DNA of 64,000 bases from sequence record NC_048821.1. One strand, given 5' to 3'. Shown here in pieces: positions 20,701-31,400 of the stretch. The notes beneath the pieces were generated by a model that saw only the letters and a program-made list of their open reading frames with translations, had not been told where the DNA came from and did not search any database. The position numbers and the translations under genes were made by a program. Each line of letters begins with the position of its first letter. Positions within the stretch are counted from its first letter, which is position 1.

Positions 20701-22480
20701 GTCAGTAACCCTAAGTGGCAAGACTTTCGACCAACATGATGAGGCTTACTTACCGGGCGTTCCATTTGAATTTGAAGTGGAGTTCGCAGGCACTATCGAG
20801 AAAGCCCAATCAGACGGCAATGGCAACTGGACTTATGAAGCGGTAGGGGTTAAGTCGGGTAGTACGACTTACGGATTCTCTGCTAACAACCGTGCAGTGG
20901 GTTCTTACACCATCAACTTCACTGGTGACATAACAGTTACACCACTACCAAACGACGATCGTTTATTCCGTGTTCCTAACGGCGTTAACCGTACTATTGG
21001 CTGGTATGTGTTGGACGAGTCTGGTGCAGCTAAGGCGAACGTAACGCTGTCTTTGCGTCAAAAGGCAACGATCTATTCACCTGAACGCGATCTCGGCACC
21101 ATTACTACGGATGAACACGGCATTGCTACATTCGAAGCCCCTTATTTAGAAGGTGAAGAAAGTGGTGCTTACATCGCATCTCTGGGTGTGAAAGAAGCCA
21201 CCGTCGTTGTTGGATGGAGTGATGAGTCGGGTATTAGTGTTACCATGACGCAAATGTCTGTACCTACGATTACCTACGGAAGAGAGTTGTTATTCACTGG
21301 TGTAATGCTGGATGAAAACGGTGACCCGTTAATTCCAGATGACGTTAACACGGGCATTAGACTGGGTGGTTACGATCGCAACACGTTCGAACACATCCCT
21401 GTTTCTATCCGCGGACTAGACCCTATTACGGGCGAGTTCACAGCGTACATGACCAGCGAGACTTTCGTTACTAAAGACATCGTGCTTTACAACGAAGTGA
21501 ACAACGAACTTCATACGGTCGAATGGGCTGCCCCAGATATTACCGGTGCGTACATTGAGTGGGATCTTTCAAGTTCACCTAGTGTGTTAGTTGCTGGTGA
21601 AACTTTCCCGTTCCGAGGTAAGATCTACCAAGCTAATGGTGAGCTATATACACCGCGTGCTCCAGAGACACTTTCTGTGACGACGGATGAAGGTCCTCAT
21701 GCGGATGCAAACATCTACCAAGATGGTACAGTGATGTTAGAGATCACTAATGCATCAAGAGGTGTGCTGACTTACTCATTGTACCGTGACCCTGCGGCAA
21801 CCATCGATGACTCTCTTGAGATCGAATGGGTAGAACAAGCGTCTGTGGGATTCACCCCATACTCATACAGTGAAGTCCCTCAAGGTGAATCTGGTGAAGT
21901 TTGGCTGATCTATAAGCAAGATGGTGACCAACCAATCCAATACCGTGATGTATTAGTGGGAGTTGGTAATCCGGGTCCGGATAACGTTCCTAGAACACTT
22001 ACTACCGATGAATTCGGTATTGTGAAAGTCACGTTACCTTACAACGACACCGAATCAAGTAAGTCTATTGCCGGCATCTTAGGGGAAACGGTTCCACTAG
22101 CCATCCATAACCTCACATGGGTTGAGGATACTGTTAAAGTGGGTACTTCTTTCCGTGACCTATCAGTCCCTAGTAAAGTAGAGATTGGTGCGGAAGTGGA
22201 AGTCGTCGGTGAGGTGTTGGATAAATCCGGCGCTCTTACTGATTACAACGGAGTAGGTATTTACGATAAGACCACTCATACTTTCCACGAAAATGCCGTG
22301 AACTCGGATGGTAGCTTTAGTGTCAAACTAGGACCTTTGAACGAAGGTGACCATCATTTAGTAGTTTACACGGGTGCTGAAATTTCAGAGCACGTTGTGC
22401 GTTGGGATTCAAGCTTTGTTAATTTTGACTCTGTTGGGATTGATGAAAGCTCTAACCGTGTGGCGTTAATCACTAAATAG
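17717..22480 (+). CDS. phiKZ gp26-position structural protein with a C-terminal extension of about 1000 aa of Ig-like repeats
   Basis: Start at ATG 17717 (RBS GAGG); non-repetitive N-terminal ~570 aa, then repeats with G(R/K)V.DQ.G, DG.F and TDE.G motifs. Confidence 0.75.
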   Translation: MFEKDLKSPSQSSVIPGAGPQLPNENDRGRMHYIWEIYDPDTVKPGEAHRYVVPREKEIVIDPIAEKNYVVTRVNWESDLKSTLEPIFDNGEGDGGADGIFGLPSGFQGEAVVAIDYSVRPNRAVIDGQVMAPGAAYALLYEGNTVGDDGKVISVVYSNNNQLVSNRVPVTLAAYHELSNKEIMITQPFSVNRNPDELPDGARCTLVWYDINGNVIPKARTLSVQHTAMMRDHQVGKRYITRVELVAPWFLNTSDPKTLNVPVNTMLQNLAFRAVVHYSDGSKSDELSIDGQKIQLLGLNEHKPSTPSQRGTLTLVYNLDSDEYIYEAQPGNPNQFRDSYWMLAVPFDGAYSPKLYSYPTWVNGQYILKHFLTDLDRNFMIDATDHVRINELSPAFRPTTYGVEQTLELNCRLSDVVPTFKPMIMRQSTTFVLKTPGTEPGSKFDVRYSYDQGSYSDPTFKAVNQADGRQEIIFGGEYDDMEDWLEQTYNAVEPGFNPQREKGPIRPTHFEVLASSGKTYEYEISRYAEKMYLDVQEPQGRTIYVRWIHESIQGDRLILATTGISIDVTEGPDTETPVPTTIEFDSSVPNSIGEMQIIEFSGRVYDQKGALVTDGLTKMLVKGGVIYDSTPRKVDIGLDGTFRFFTWSERVSGSTETFEFDFEVAGEEPEYFLSKDIRITTNPEQQIGEFFPYTPTKASINKAGRAYGQLLDEEGTPLRDTEFFSFVDNDLDSIRRETTDEQGKFLLTRIHKEGQDRTTFHIATMGGRKEHLLRWVETEPYGDRIMLDVEDMDFVGEEPLSVTGRVYDQYGDLVVGVPVKIGYGPLWATYTDTLSVENGKYELTGSPKEPGMSYQVVVWTENDFSFGTVEWSEAPKVAFDIVMSPDNAPEAPAGTSVRISGQLVDEEGNNFTSDSRTPVYMKELKDADETIIYAGFDGRFEAEVGPYGDWEETTFVFRLENGNQGSHMIRWMGEPPRLAKITFDDGLPVTSKVGESVTLSGKTFDQHDEAYLPGVPFEFEVEFAGTIEKAQSDGNGNWTYEAVGVKSGSTTYGFSANNRAVGSYTINFTGDITVTPLPNDDRLFRVPNGVNRTIGWYVLDESGAAKANVTLSLRQKATIYSPERDLGTITTDEHGIATFEAPYLEGEESGAYIASLGVKEATVVVGWSDESGISVTMTQMSVPTITYGRELLFTGVMLDENGDPLIPDDVNTGIRLGGYDRNTFEHIPVSIRGLDPITGEFTAYMTSETFVTKDIVLYNEVNNELHTVEWAAPDITGAYIEWDLSSSPSVLVAGETFPFRGKIYQANGELYTPRAPETLSVTTDEGPHADANIYQDGTVMLEITNASRGVLTYSLYRDPAATIDDSLEIEWVEQASVGFTPYSYSEVPQGESGEVWLIYKQDGDQPIQYRDVLVGVGNPGPDNVPRTLTTDEFGIVKVTLPYNDTESSKSIAGILGETVPLAIHNLTWVEDTVKVGTSFRDLSVPSKVEIGAEVEVVGEVLDKSGALTDYNGVGIYDKTTHTFHENAVNSDGSFSVKLGPLNEGDHHLVVYTGAEISEHVVRWDSSFVNFDSVGIDESSNRVALITK

Positions 22481-22490
22481 GAAATAATAA

Positions 22491-25400
22491 ATGGCAGGTA
22501 TTATCAGAGGGAACTTACTCGATGCTGAAGGCAACGAAGTAAACCCGGGTAAACCCGTCACATTAAAGGCCGTCCGATCGGACGGCCTACCTGATGTGAC
22601 TATCACGACCAATGATTCTGGTCATTGGTCCTTAGAAGTGAACGCTGAAGTCGACTCTCAGGTCGACTTCACTTTTATTTACAATGGGGTGGATGTAGGA
22701 GCACACGCAGTGCGTTTCATTGAAACAGCTGAAGTAGTAACCTTGCCGTATTCTAATTTCCGCGTTAAAGTGGGTAACACTGGTGTTATTGCATTTGCGG
22801 TAAAAGACGATCAAGGTAATGGGGTTCCGTATGCGGATGTAACTATCCACCGTGACGACGAAAACTCCGAACCAGTGACAACTCTAAGGACTGACCAATT
22901 TGGTATCGTCACTTATACGGTTCCGCCTCACAACGTTTATGAACGTGTGGGGTTCTGGGCTAAGTCTGGAGGCACTACTGCGTTTTGGGGTGTTCAGTAC
23001 GAAGATGGGGAAGAAGAGTTTGCTATTTCAATGGCTAACTTCCATTACACTGAGCAATTAGGTTTGGGTAATGAACTATTAGTCATGGGCGGTGGTAATG
23101 ACCCTTGGGGATCGTTAATTTACAACCCACCTAAAGTTCTTTTTAATAAAGACACTCTGACTGAGGTCACTTACACCGAGATCTCTGATGACTTAACCAA
23201 CAACGTATTCCTAACAGTCGCGGGGTTATCTGAAGGTAATCACAACTTTGTGTTTGCAATGGAATCCGAATACCGTGAGTTTGTTGTTGAATGTGGGGAC
23301 TTCCAAGAAGAAACCATTAACACAGTAAAGCGCCATTACCCGACAGCGACCAAGTTTTTTGTAAACATGTGGTCAACGCTGGAAGCGACAGTTCAAGTGG
23401 ATGGTGTGGACTATAAGCCTCACGGCGTAGTTTACATGACCGTTGAGAGAAACGAAGATTCGATACAATCTTTGGTTTGGCCTAATGGTAAATTCGGTTA
23501 TCCTGTTTCTGGTAAAAACGGTGACGTCTACCAATACACCATTAAGAACGGTGACGCGGAAGTTCTGGCAGAGCATCCGGCTTACGTCGTTGATGGTAGT
23601 GTAAAACTTTGTGAATACTCAGTGGATACCCTCCCTACCTTGGGCAAGGGCACAGTTGCGTTCGCTATTGTTGATGATGAAGAGAAGCCAGTGACTGGCG
23701 GGTTTACTCTCGTTAACCCTGGAACCAATGCATCTGAACAAGTTGAGGTTACTGACGAATTTGGTATCGTTGAAGTAGAAGTAAGTCGTGCTTCAGGTGA
23801 GAATGAAACATTCGTGTTGTGTAGTATCGGTGGGTTTGCTAGTGTGAATCACAAAGTTACCTTCACTGGCGCTCCTGTGGCTTCTGAGTTCCGTAACTTG
23901 GATATCCCAACACAAGGTGATACTGAGACTCCTATCACTGTAACAGGGCAAGTCTACGACCAAGGTGGAAGTGCATTTAAACCACCTCGATTGGGTGTGT
24001 TTGATAAACAGAGCTTAACACATCAAGCATTCGACGCTTCTCTTATCGGAAGTGACGGTACGTTCTCTTTTGAGTATGGTCCTTTGTCACAAGGTCAACA
24101 CGACCTCGTCTTAGGTTCTTCAGGTATCATCTCTGAGAAACGCACACATTGGTCCATTGGTTTCCCTGATGGTCTTCGCACCGAACGCATGAACTACTCC
24201 ACATACCCTAACGCTTATGTTGGTGACGACGCTATTGTGGCAGTCCGTGCAAGTATCGTAGAAGACGGGTTACTGGTTCCTGTTGTCGGTGTTCCTGCGA
24301 CAGCTTACATCAATGGCCCTGGTGTGACCGACGTTGAACTGGAAACTAAGTTAACTGACGCTAACGGTATTGCGGAATTCAACATCCCGGCTTCAGTCAA
24401 TGAAACTACCTTAAACGGCAACTACGCCATCACGATGGTGGTCGGCCCTAACGTAGTTAGAACTGACATTACTTGGTTGGAAGGTTCTGATGTAATATCA
24501 GGGTTTAGTGACTTGGATTACAACCCGACCATTAATACTGGTGGTGAACTGGTTTACACCTACCGTCCTTTAAACCAAGACGGCCAACCAATGGCGGACC
24601 GTGGCGTTTACGTGACTCCGATAGATCATTTCCAGATTGGTGCTTACAATGCTACCATTTATGAAAATGCTGACGGGTCCTACACTGCGGAATTCCCAAC
24701 AATGGAAGACGGGACTTACGACGTTGTATTCCATTCAGGAAACGCTCAGGAACGCATGTCATTGACTTGGGGTGCGTATCCGGTAATCAACCCTACCTCA
24801 GTACTACTTGACTTCCTATCACCTACCTCTGGTGTAGTAGGAAGTGACGCTATTGTGTCGGGTAAGATTGTGGATGAGAACGGTAGTGTGATCCGACCTA
24901 CCGCTGGAATGCGTTTAACTGTTCGTGATGAAACTGGCTCAGAAATCCACGTTAGGGTTAAACCTGATGGGTCTTGGTCATTCGCTGCGAACTCCACCAT
25001 CGCTAAGACTAAGTCTTACAACATCCTGCATAGCGGAACAAACCTCTATGTTCATCAGATCGATTTCCATGAAACTCCTACGGTTACTTTCACCGACTAC
25101 ACTGGTGACAAAGTCGCTAAGACTCACGAGGCGATGTTAGCTACTGTGGTTAAGGATGTGGATGGTAACGGCATTCCAGGGATGTTGGTGGAGTACAAGA
25201 ACGATGACACTCACTACGGTTCAGTAATCACTGATGAGTTTGGTATCGCGGAATTCACTATTCCGTTTAACCTAGAGACCATCGTTTCCCCTACAGTAGA
25301 ACAGGATTATGTTGTTGCTCATATTAGCGACACTATCTCTGATGACGTTACTGTTCGTTGGGCAGGTGATGATGAAAACTCCGCAATTGAAATCATTGAC

Positions 25401-28400
25401 TTGGTGGTGGACTCGGATGTGTACGAAGGTACCACCGCTACCATCACTGGTAGGTTGATCGGTTCATTGGGTACGAACGATAACGCTTGGATGTGGTTAA
25501 CAGTCTTTAACAAGACAACGCTGGAAAGTAAGATGTTCAATAACAACATCATGCTGGACGGCACGTTTGAGATCGAAGTGGGTCCTTACCCTATGGGTCT
25601 TAACCAATTGGTTATTGCAACCAACAGTTACACCACTCCTATTTCGTTAGAAGTTACAGAAGCGCCTATCGTGCTTAAAGAACTACGCACACTTCCTTAT
25701 TCAACCAGTAAGGTTAAGTCTGCTGGAAGCGCTACGCTTGCCTATGCTGCTATTAACTCTCTAGATAAGGCAATGGTGGGTGAAACTGTAGAACTACGCT
25801 TAGCGAGCGATACAGGCATCCTGTTGGACACTGTAGTGACCGACAAATACGGTATTGCGGAATTCACTGTTCCAGACAACGAAAGTACACCGAACACTGG
25901 TGACGTTACGTACGTTGCTGTGAGTGGTGAGTTCTCAGCTCAGTCGACCGCATCTTGGGGTGAAACTGGTGTTGTAATTGAATCCCTAGATGGGTTCGAG
26001 GCAACTGGGTTGGTTAGTAGTGGGGCTAAGGGTGTAATCAAACTGAGTCCTTTGAGTAAGCTTGTTTACGACTCAGGTTCTTTTGCACAAGACCCTAATG
26101 GTAAACTAACTCCTTGGGAGACCATGACGCATGTCCGTGGTGCCACAATTAACGTCTTTGATAAAGTTACGTTGACTGCGATCCCACACAGTCGTGTGAA
26201 TGTTGACGTTGACGTAGGCGGTGAGAAGTTTGACATTTACACAGTCGACGCTCTTCCAGATGGTTTCTACGATCTAGTTGTTTACTCAGACAACGCAATC
26301 GAAACAGCAACCATGACTTGGGACACTGAAACTGAACTAGCGAAGCCAGATCGTTTCGTATTAACAAACAGCATTACTACAGCGTTTGTACAAAACGACA
26401 CAAACCAATGGTTGGATGGTGATGTTCAGTCTACGTCGGGTCCTGCTTTTGAACTGACGGGTTACGTAGAACCAGTAATGGTTGGTTCACAAGAACACCC
26501 AGTTTGGATCACACCTAAAGGACGATTCGTGACTAAACTGAGCGAACCTCGTTCTGAAGGTGTTCATTCGTACGACTTTAAGGTTGACGGGACAGTGGTG
26601 GATACGAAGACTATCACGTTCTACGATAGCCTTAACGTAGAGCTACTTCCTTACACCACCCCTAACCCAGTTAAGGGCAAAGTTGCGACTATCGCAGCTG
26701 TAGTTAAAGACGGTAGTGGTGAGGTGGTTCCGGGTGCTTGTGTGACACTTACCCCGGGTGCACGTATTACTTACGAACACTCAGTTAACCTCAATAGTGA
26801 CTTTAATGGTTCTGTTGAAATGACGTGGGAGTACGACGAAGCTTATCCAGAGTTTACGTTAATCACTGGTTGTAACGGTAAGCGTAATGGGGAACGACAA
26901 CTATTACGTTGGGTTGAATCTCCTGAACTCACTGGGGATAGTTTTGAAACACTGGTTGTGCCTGAGAAAGTGGTTGGGGATGACAAAGCAACGATTACTG
27001 GTAAGATCTTAGATCAAGAAGGTAATCCTTACGCTAATGGTGAATTGTTGGTTTACAACAAAATCACTATGACGTCAACAGACCTTACTACAGCCATCCA
27101 GCCAGATGGGACGTTCTCTACGGAATTGGGACCTTACCCATTCAACGCTTATGAGTTAATCTTCGCGACTCGTGGTAACGTAGATCGTCGTACGGCAGTA
27201 TGGGGTGGTAGTGGTATCTTAGCAAGTATCGAAATTGATCCTGATAGCGGCACACGTGGTCTATTAGGTGATACGGTTGAGATCTTTGGTAGTTCCACGG
27301 ATACCATCGGGACACCCTTCACACCAGATGAAGGCATTTACACTCTGGATGTTGTGAATGACAAAAACGATGATGTTCTTCCAACGGTAATCGATGCACA
27401 AGGTAACTGGTCCTTTAATGCGACTCATGACGTAAGTGAAACGGTCACGTATACCTTTAAAGATGGCGAAACAGTCCTAGCGACTCATGCTGTTGAGTTC
27501 TTTGAAGGCGCAGGCACTTTACGTAACTTCGACGCCCCTAGCACGGTTAAGGTGGGTCTGAATGAAGACTTCACATTAACGGGTAAAGTGTACAACACCA
27601 TGAACAAACTTTACCGACCAATCGTTGAAGAATTGTTCACACTGGTGCTGGATGAGACTACTGAGTTCCAAGGCACGATTCATACTGACGGTACATTCAG
27701 CGTGAAGCCGACGAACGATAAAGTGGAAACTCAAAGCTTCACCTTTAAGGTCGGAGAAGACACTTACGACACGGTAGACATCAAGTGGTGTCAGACTGTA
27801 AGCTTAGCGTTTAACGCAGACTCTCAACCTAAAGCTGTTGTCGGTGATGATGCTTATGTGTCAATCCGAGTGGTGGATGAGAACGGTGAAAGCGTTACCG
27901 GACGCACAGTGGAGTTCTATGAAGGTGAAGTCACAGGTGAACCTCTAGATACTGAGGACGTCTACAGTGAGACCTACATTGGTTACTGGCCTAAAGAAGC
28001 CACTGAAGTGGGTGACGTAGTAATCACTGCTAAGTTGGGTGGTATCCAAGATACCTTGACGCTGTCTTGGGTAGGTAACGATCCTAAGATCGCGGCTGGA
28101 TTTGGTCGTAAGACCTCAAGAACTGGTTACGTGGTTGACACTAAACCGGCTTCTGGTACGACAGCAACACTACGAGGTACAGTTGTAGACCAAGACGGTA
28201 CGCCGTTAGCAGGCCCGCAATTCCTTAAAGTGTTTGATCAAGGGTCGTTTGACTTAACGGATTACTCTGCACAAGTTCAGGCTGATGGTACGTTCGATAT
28301 CGAACTCCCAGTCAAACCAGATGGTACTTACAACTACAGTCTTGTTACTGAAGGCAATGTGGGTTCTATCAGAGGTATTTCTTGGGACGCGGAAAACGAA

Positions 28401-31400
28401 GACCTGAAAGCGGTTAAGTTGGATGCGAGTGTTCCTACTCAGGTTAACGTTGCTAGTACACATACTCTCCAAGGTACTATCTTGGATAGCGCCGGTGACA
28501 CCATTGCTCCAGCTAAGAGTATTACGGTTTACGTAAACAGTAGTGAAGGTAACACCTACGAGTTCACAGTTACACCGGACGGTACATGGTCGTTTGCTTA
28601 CACCTTTAGCAATGAAGGGGATGTGTTGTTCGACTTCCACACTTACCAAGGTAAGTACTTGGGGTCTGTCACCATCACGGTTGAAGAAGCAGCGCCGGTA
28701 TTCACTTCTATTGAGTGGGTTGGTGAACAACCTACAGAAGGGATGGTCGGTGAGTCTGTGAAACTGACTGCGGTTACTTTAGATCAATACGGAAATCCGA
28801 TCGATGGCGTTTCGGTACGACCATTCATTAATGGTGAGCCACAAAACGCTTTCCGTTCTCCTCCGGGTGGTTCTTGGAGTCTGGATTACACTTCAACTGA
28901 AGCAGGCCCAGTACTTTACGAATTTGGTTGGGAACCAGACGTTGCTCGTATTGGGCATACTGTTGAGTGGAAGCTTCCAGTGGATTCAATCGAGGTCATG
29001 CGTTATTCTGACTCTAACGCAGTACCGGGACAAACCGCGTTTGTACCTTTCGCTGCACTAGATAGTTCAGGTAAGGGCATTGCGGGTGTTCCTATTGCTC
29101 TTCACTTGGATTCAGCATCAGGAACGTTATTGACCACGGTAACTACCAACGAGTTTGGTATTGCTGAGTTCAGCGTTCCTCAGAAAGGAAGTAACGCTAA
29201 CCGTTTGATCTACGCTAAATACGGCGATATTGTAAAAGAGCGTCGTCAATGGTGGGCTAACGATCCACTTACACCTCCAACTGGATTCGCTAACTTAACG
29301 GTTACTAACCCAGTACCTGAAGGTGAGCGCGCACTAGTTAGTGTTCAAGCAGTAGCAAGTGACGGTAGTCCTCGTCCGTTGTCCACGGTAGGCATCTTTG
29401 ATCCGGAAATATTGGATCAGGTATTATTTAACCGTGTAACCACTGGTGAGTCTAAATCTCACTTACTGGACTTTGCGCATAGCGGAACAGGAACTAAGAC
29501 TTACATCTTAACTACTGACGCTGGTCGTCAAGAGTTCTCGGTGACATGGGAAAGTAAACCGGCAGTCACGCCAAACGACTTAGTGTTCGACGCGGATTCT
29601 CCGGAATCATTAGTAGTGGGTGAATGGAACACGTTAAGCGGTAAATTAGCGGTAGACGGGGTTCCAGTAACTGAACTGGATCACTACGTTAAGGCGACAA
29701 TGACTGTGGGTGGTAAGGAGAGCTACCTAGACTTGGATGTTAGCAAAGGGACGTTCCGTGTACTGGTTAAACCAACAGCGGCAGGAACAGAAAACTACGA
29801 CTTCAAACTTAATGGTACGAGCGTTGTGGTAAAGTCCTTCCGTCACAGTGACAACGTGACGTTAAACGACGTGAGTGTGTTATCGGTCACCACACCTCAG
29901 ATAGGTGACCCTGTGGTACTGAGTACTGTAGTGAAAGATAGCGAAGGGAACCCTATCCCTAAACTTCCGGTGACGTTTAAACTAGCCGGCGGGAACACAC
30001 TCGCAACATTAAACACGGACGTCAAAGGAATGGTAACACATTCAGTGCCTTACCAATCCGGGACAATGTCTTCTGACTTTGAAATTAAAGTGGGAAGCGT
30101 CGTAGAAACAGTAACGGCAACTTGGAAGCCAACTAATGAACTTATCGACGTGGCGTTTGAAGGGCTAACTACCCCGGCAACGGTTTACGATGGTGAATTA
30201 GCGAAAGTAACAGGTAAGTTAATCAACCAACAAAACAATGGGACATCAACAACTAAGTTTGAGATTTACCATCGTGGGTTATTAACGCACACCAGTCATG
30301 CCACCGATGTACAGCCGGATGGTACGTTCGACTTTAATATTGGTCCGTTTGCAGTAGGGGTGAATGAGTTCTACTTCATCATCAACGGTAAACGCATTGA
30401 ACGTAGCATCGAGTACATTGAACGCACTGACCCAGAACTGAATCGTGTTGAGTTAGATGAGGGTAATCCTACGTCAGGGTTCTCTGGCGAAAACTTAACC
30501 ATCAGTGGTAAAGGTTACGATCAATACGGTGATCCAATTGCAAACGCTCAGGTTCAATGGGCGATCTCTGGTGATGCACAACCTGCATTAACCACAGGTC
30601 CAGATGGTTCATTCAGCACAACAGTTACGCACAACACCAACGCTAGCATCACCTACCGATTCGGTGGCAATGATGGTATACCGGTGGCTAACTTGAGCAT
30701 TGCGTGGACCGTAGCGACATCAAACACGATGGCGTTTGTTGGTACATCGCAATGTAAGCAAACTCAAAACAACGAGGCTAACATTGAGTTGTACGTGAAA
30801 GACCAAGACGGTGTTGGAGTTCAAGATGCTCAGATCGTAATTAGAGATCAGGGTTCAGAAACTCCTATTGCGACACTGACAACTAACGTACGTGGTTTAG
30901 CGTCTTACGCTATCCCTTATGAAGCAGGTAACGATAACCGTACTATCGAAGCGACTCTGGATCAACTGACCGAGACGTTAGACATTACGTGGTATCCTGC
31001 GGTGACTAAGTATGCGACCGGGTTTACTCGTCTCTACATGGATAACCGCCCTGCTTCAGGAAAATCAACGACAGTACGTGGTCAGTTAGTTGATCAAGAT
31101 GGCAATCCAATCACAACGGCTTCAACGTTGGGTATCTTTAACACGATTACCTTGGAGAACTATGATTACATCGATCGACTACAACCAGACGGTACGTTTG
31201 AGTTTGAGTATGGTCCTGAGGCTGACAGTAACTACCCTATCTCGCTCTTCACCGATGCTGGTCATTTCGATGAAACGATCATTTGGGATTTGAATAACGC
31301 TGACATGAAACGTGTGGTGTTTGACAACAACATTCCTAGAATGACGAAGAGTAACGGTAGAGTTAGTCTGCACGGTACGTTTGTGGACAGTGATGGTAAC

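Noticed and set aside
22469-22493. Programmed frameshift or readthrough fusing the gp26-like gene to the 3527-aa gene
   Set aside because: The downstream frame has TAA TAA (22485-22490) just before its ATG, and readthrough of the TAG stays out of frame, so no simple recoding gives a fusion.
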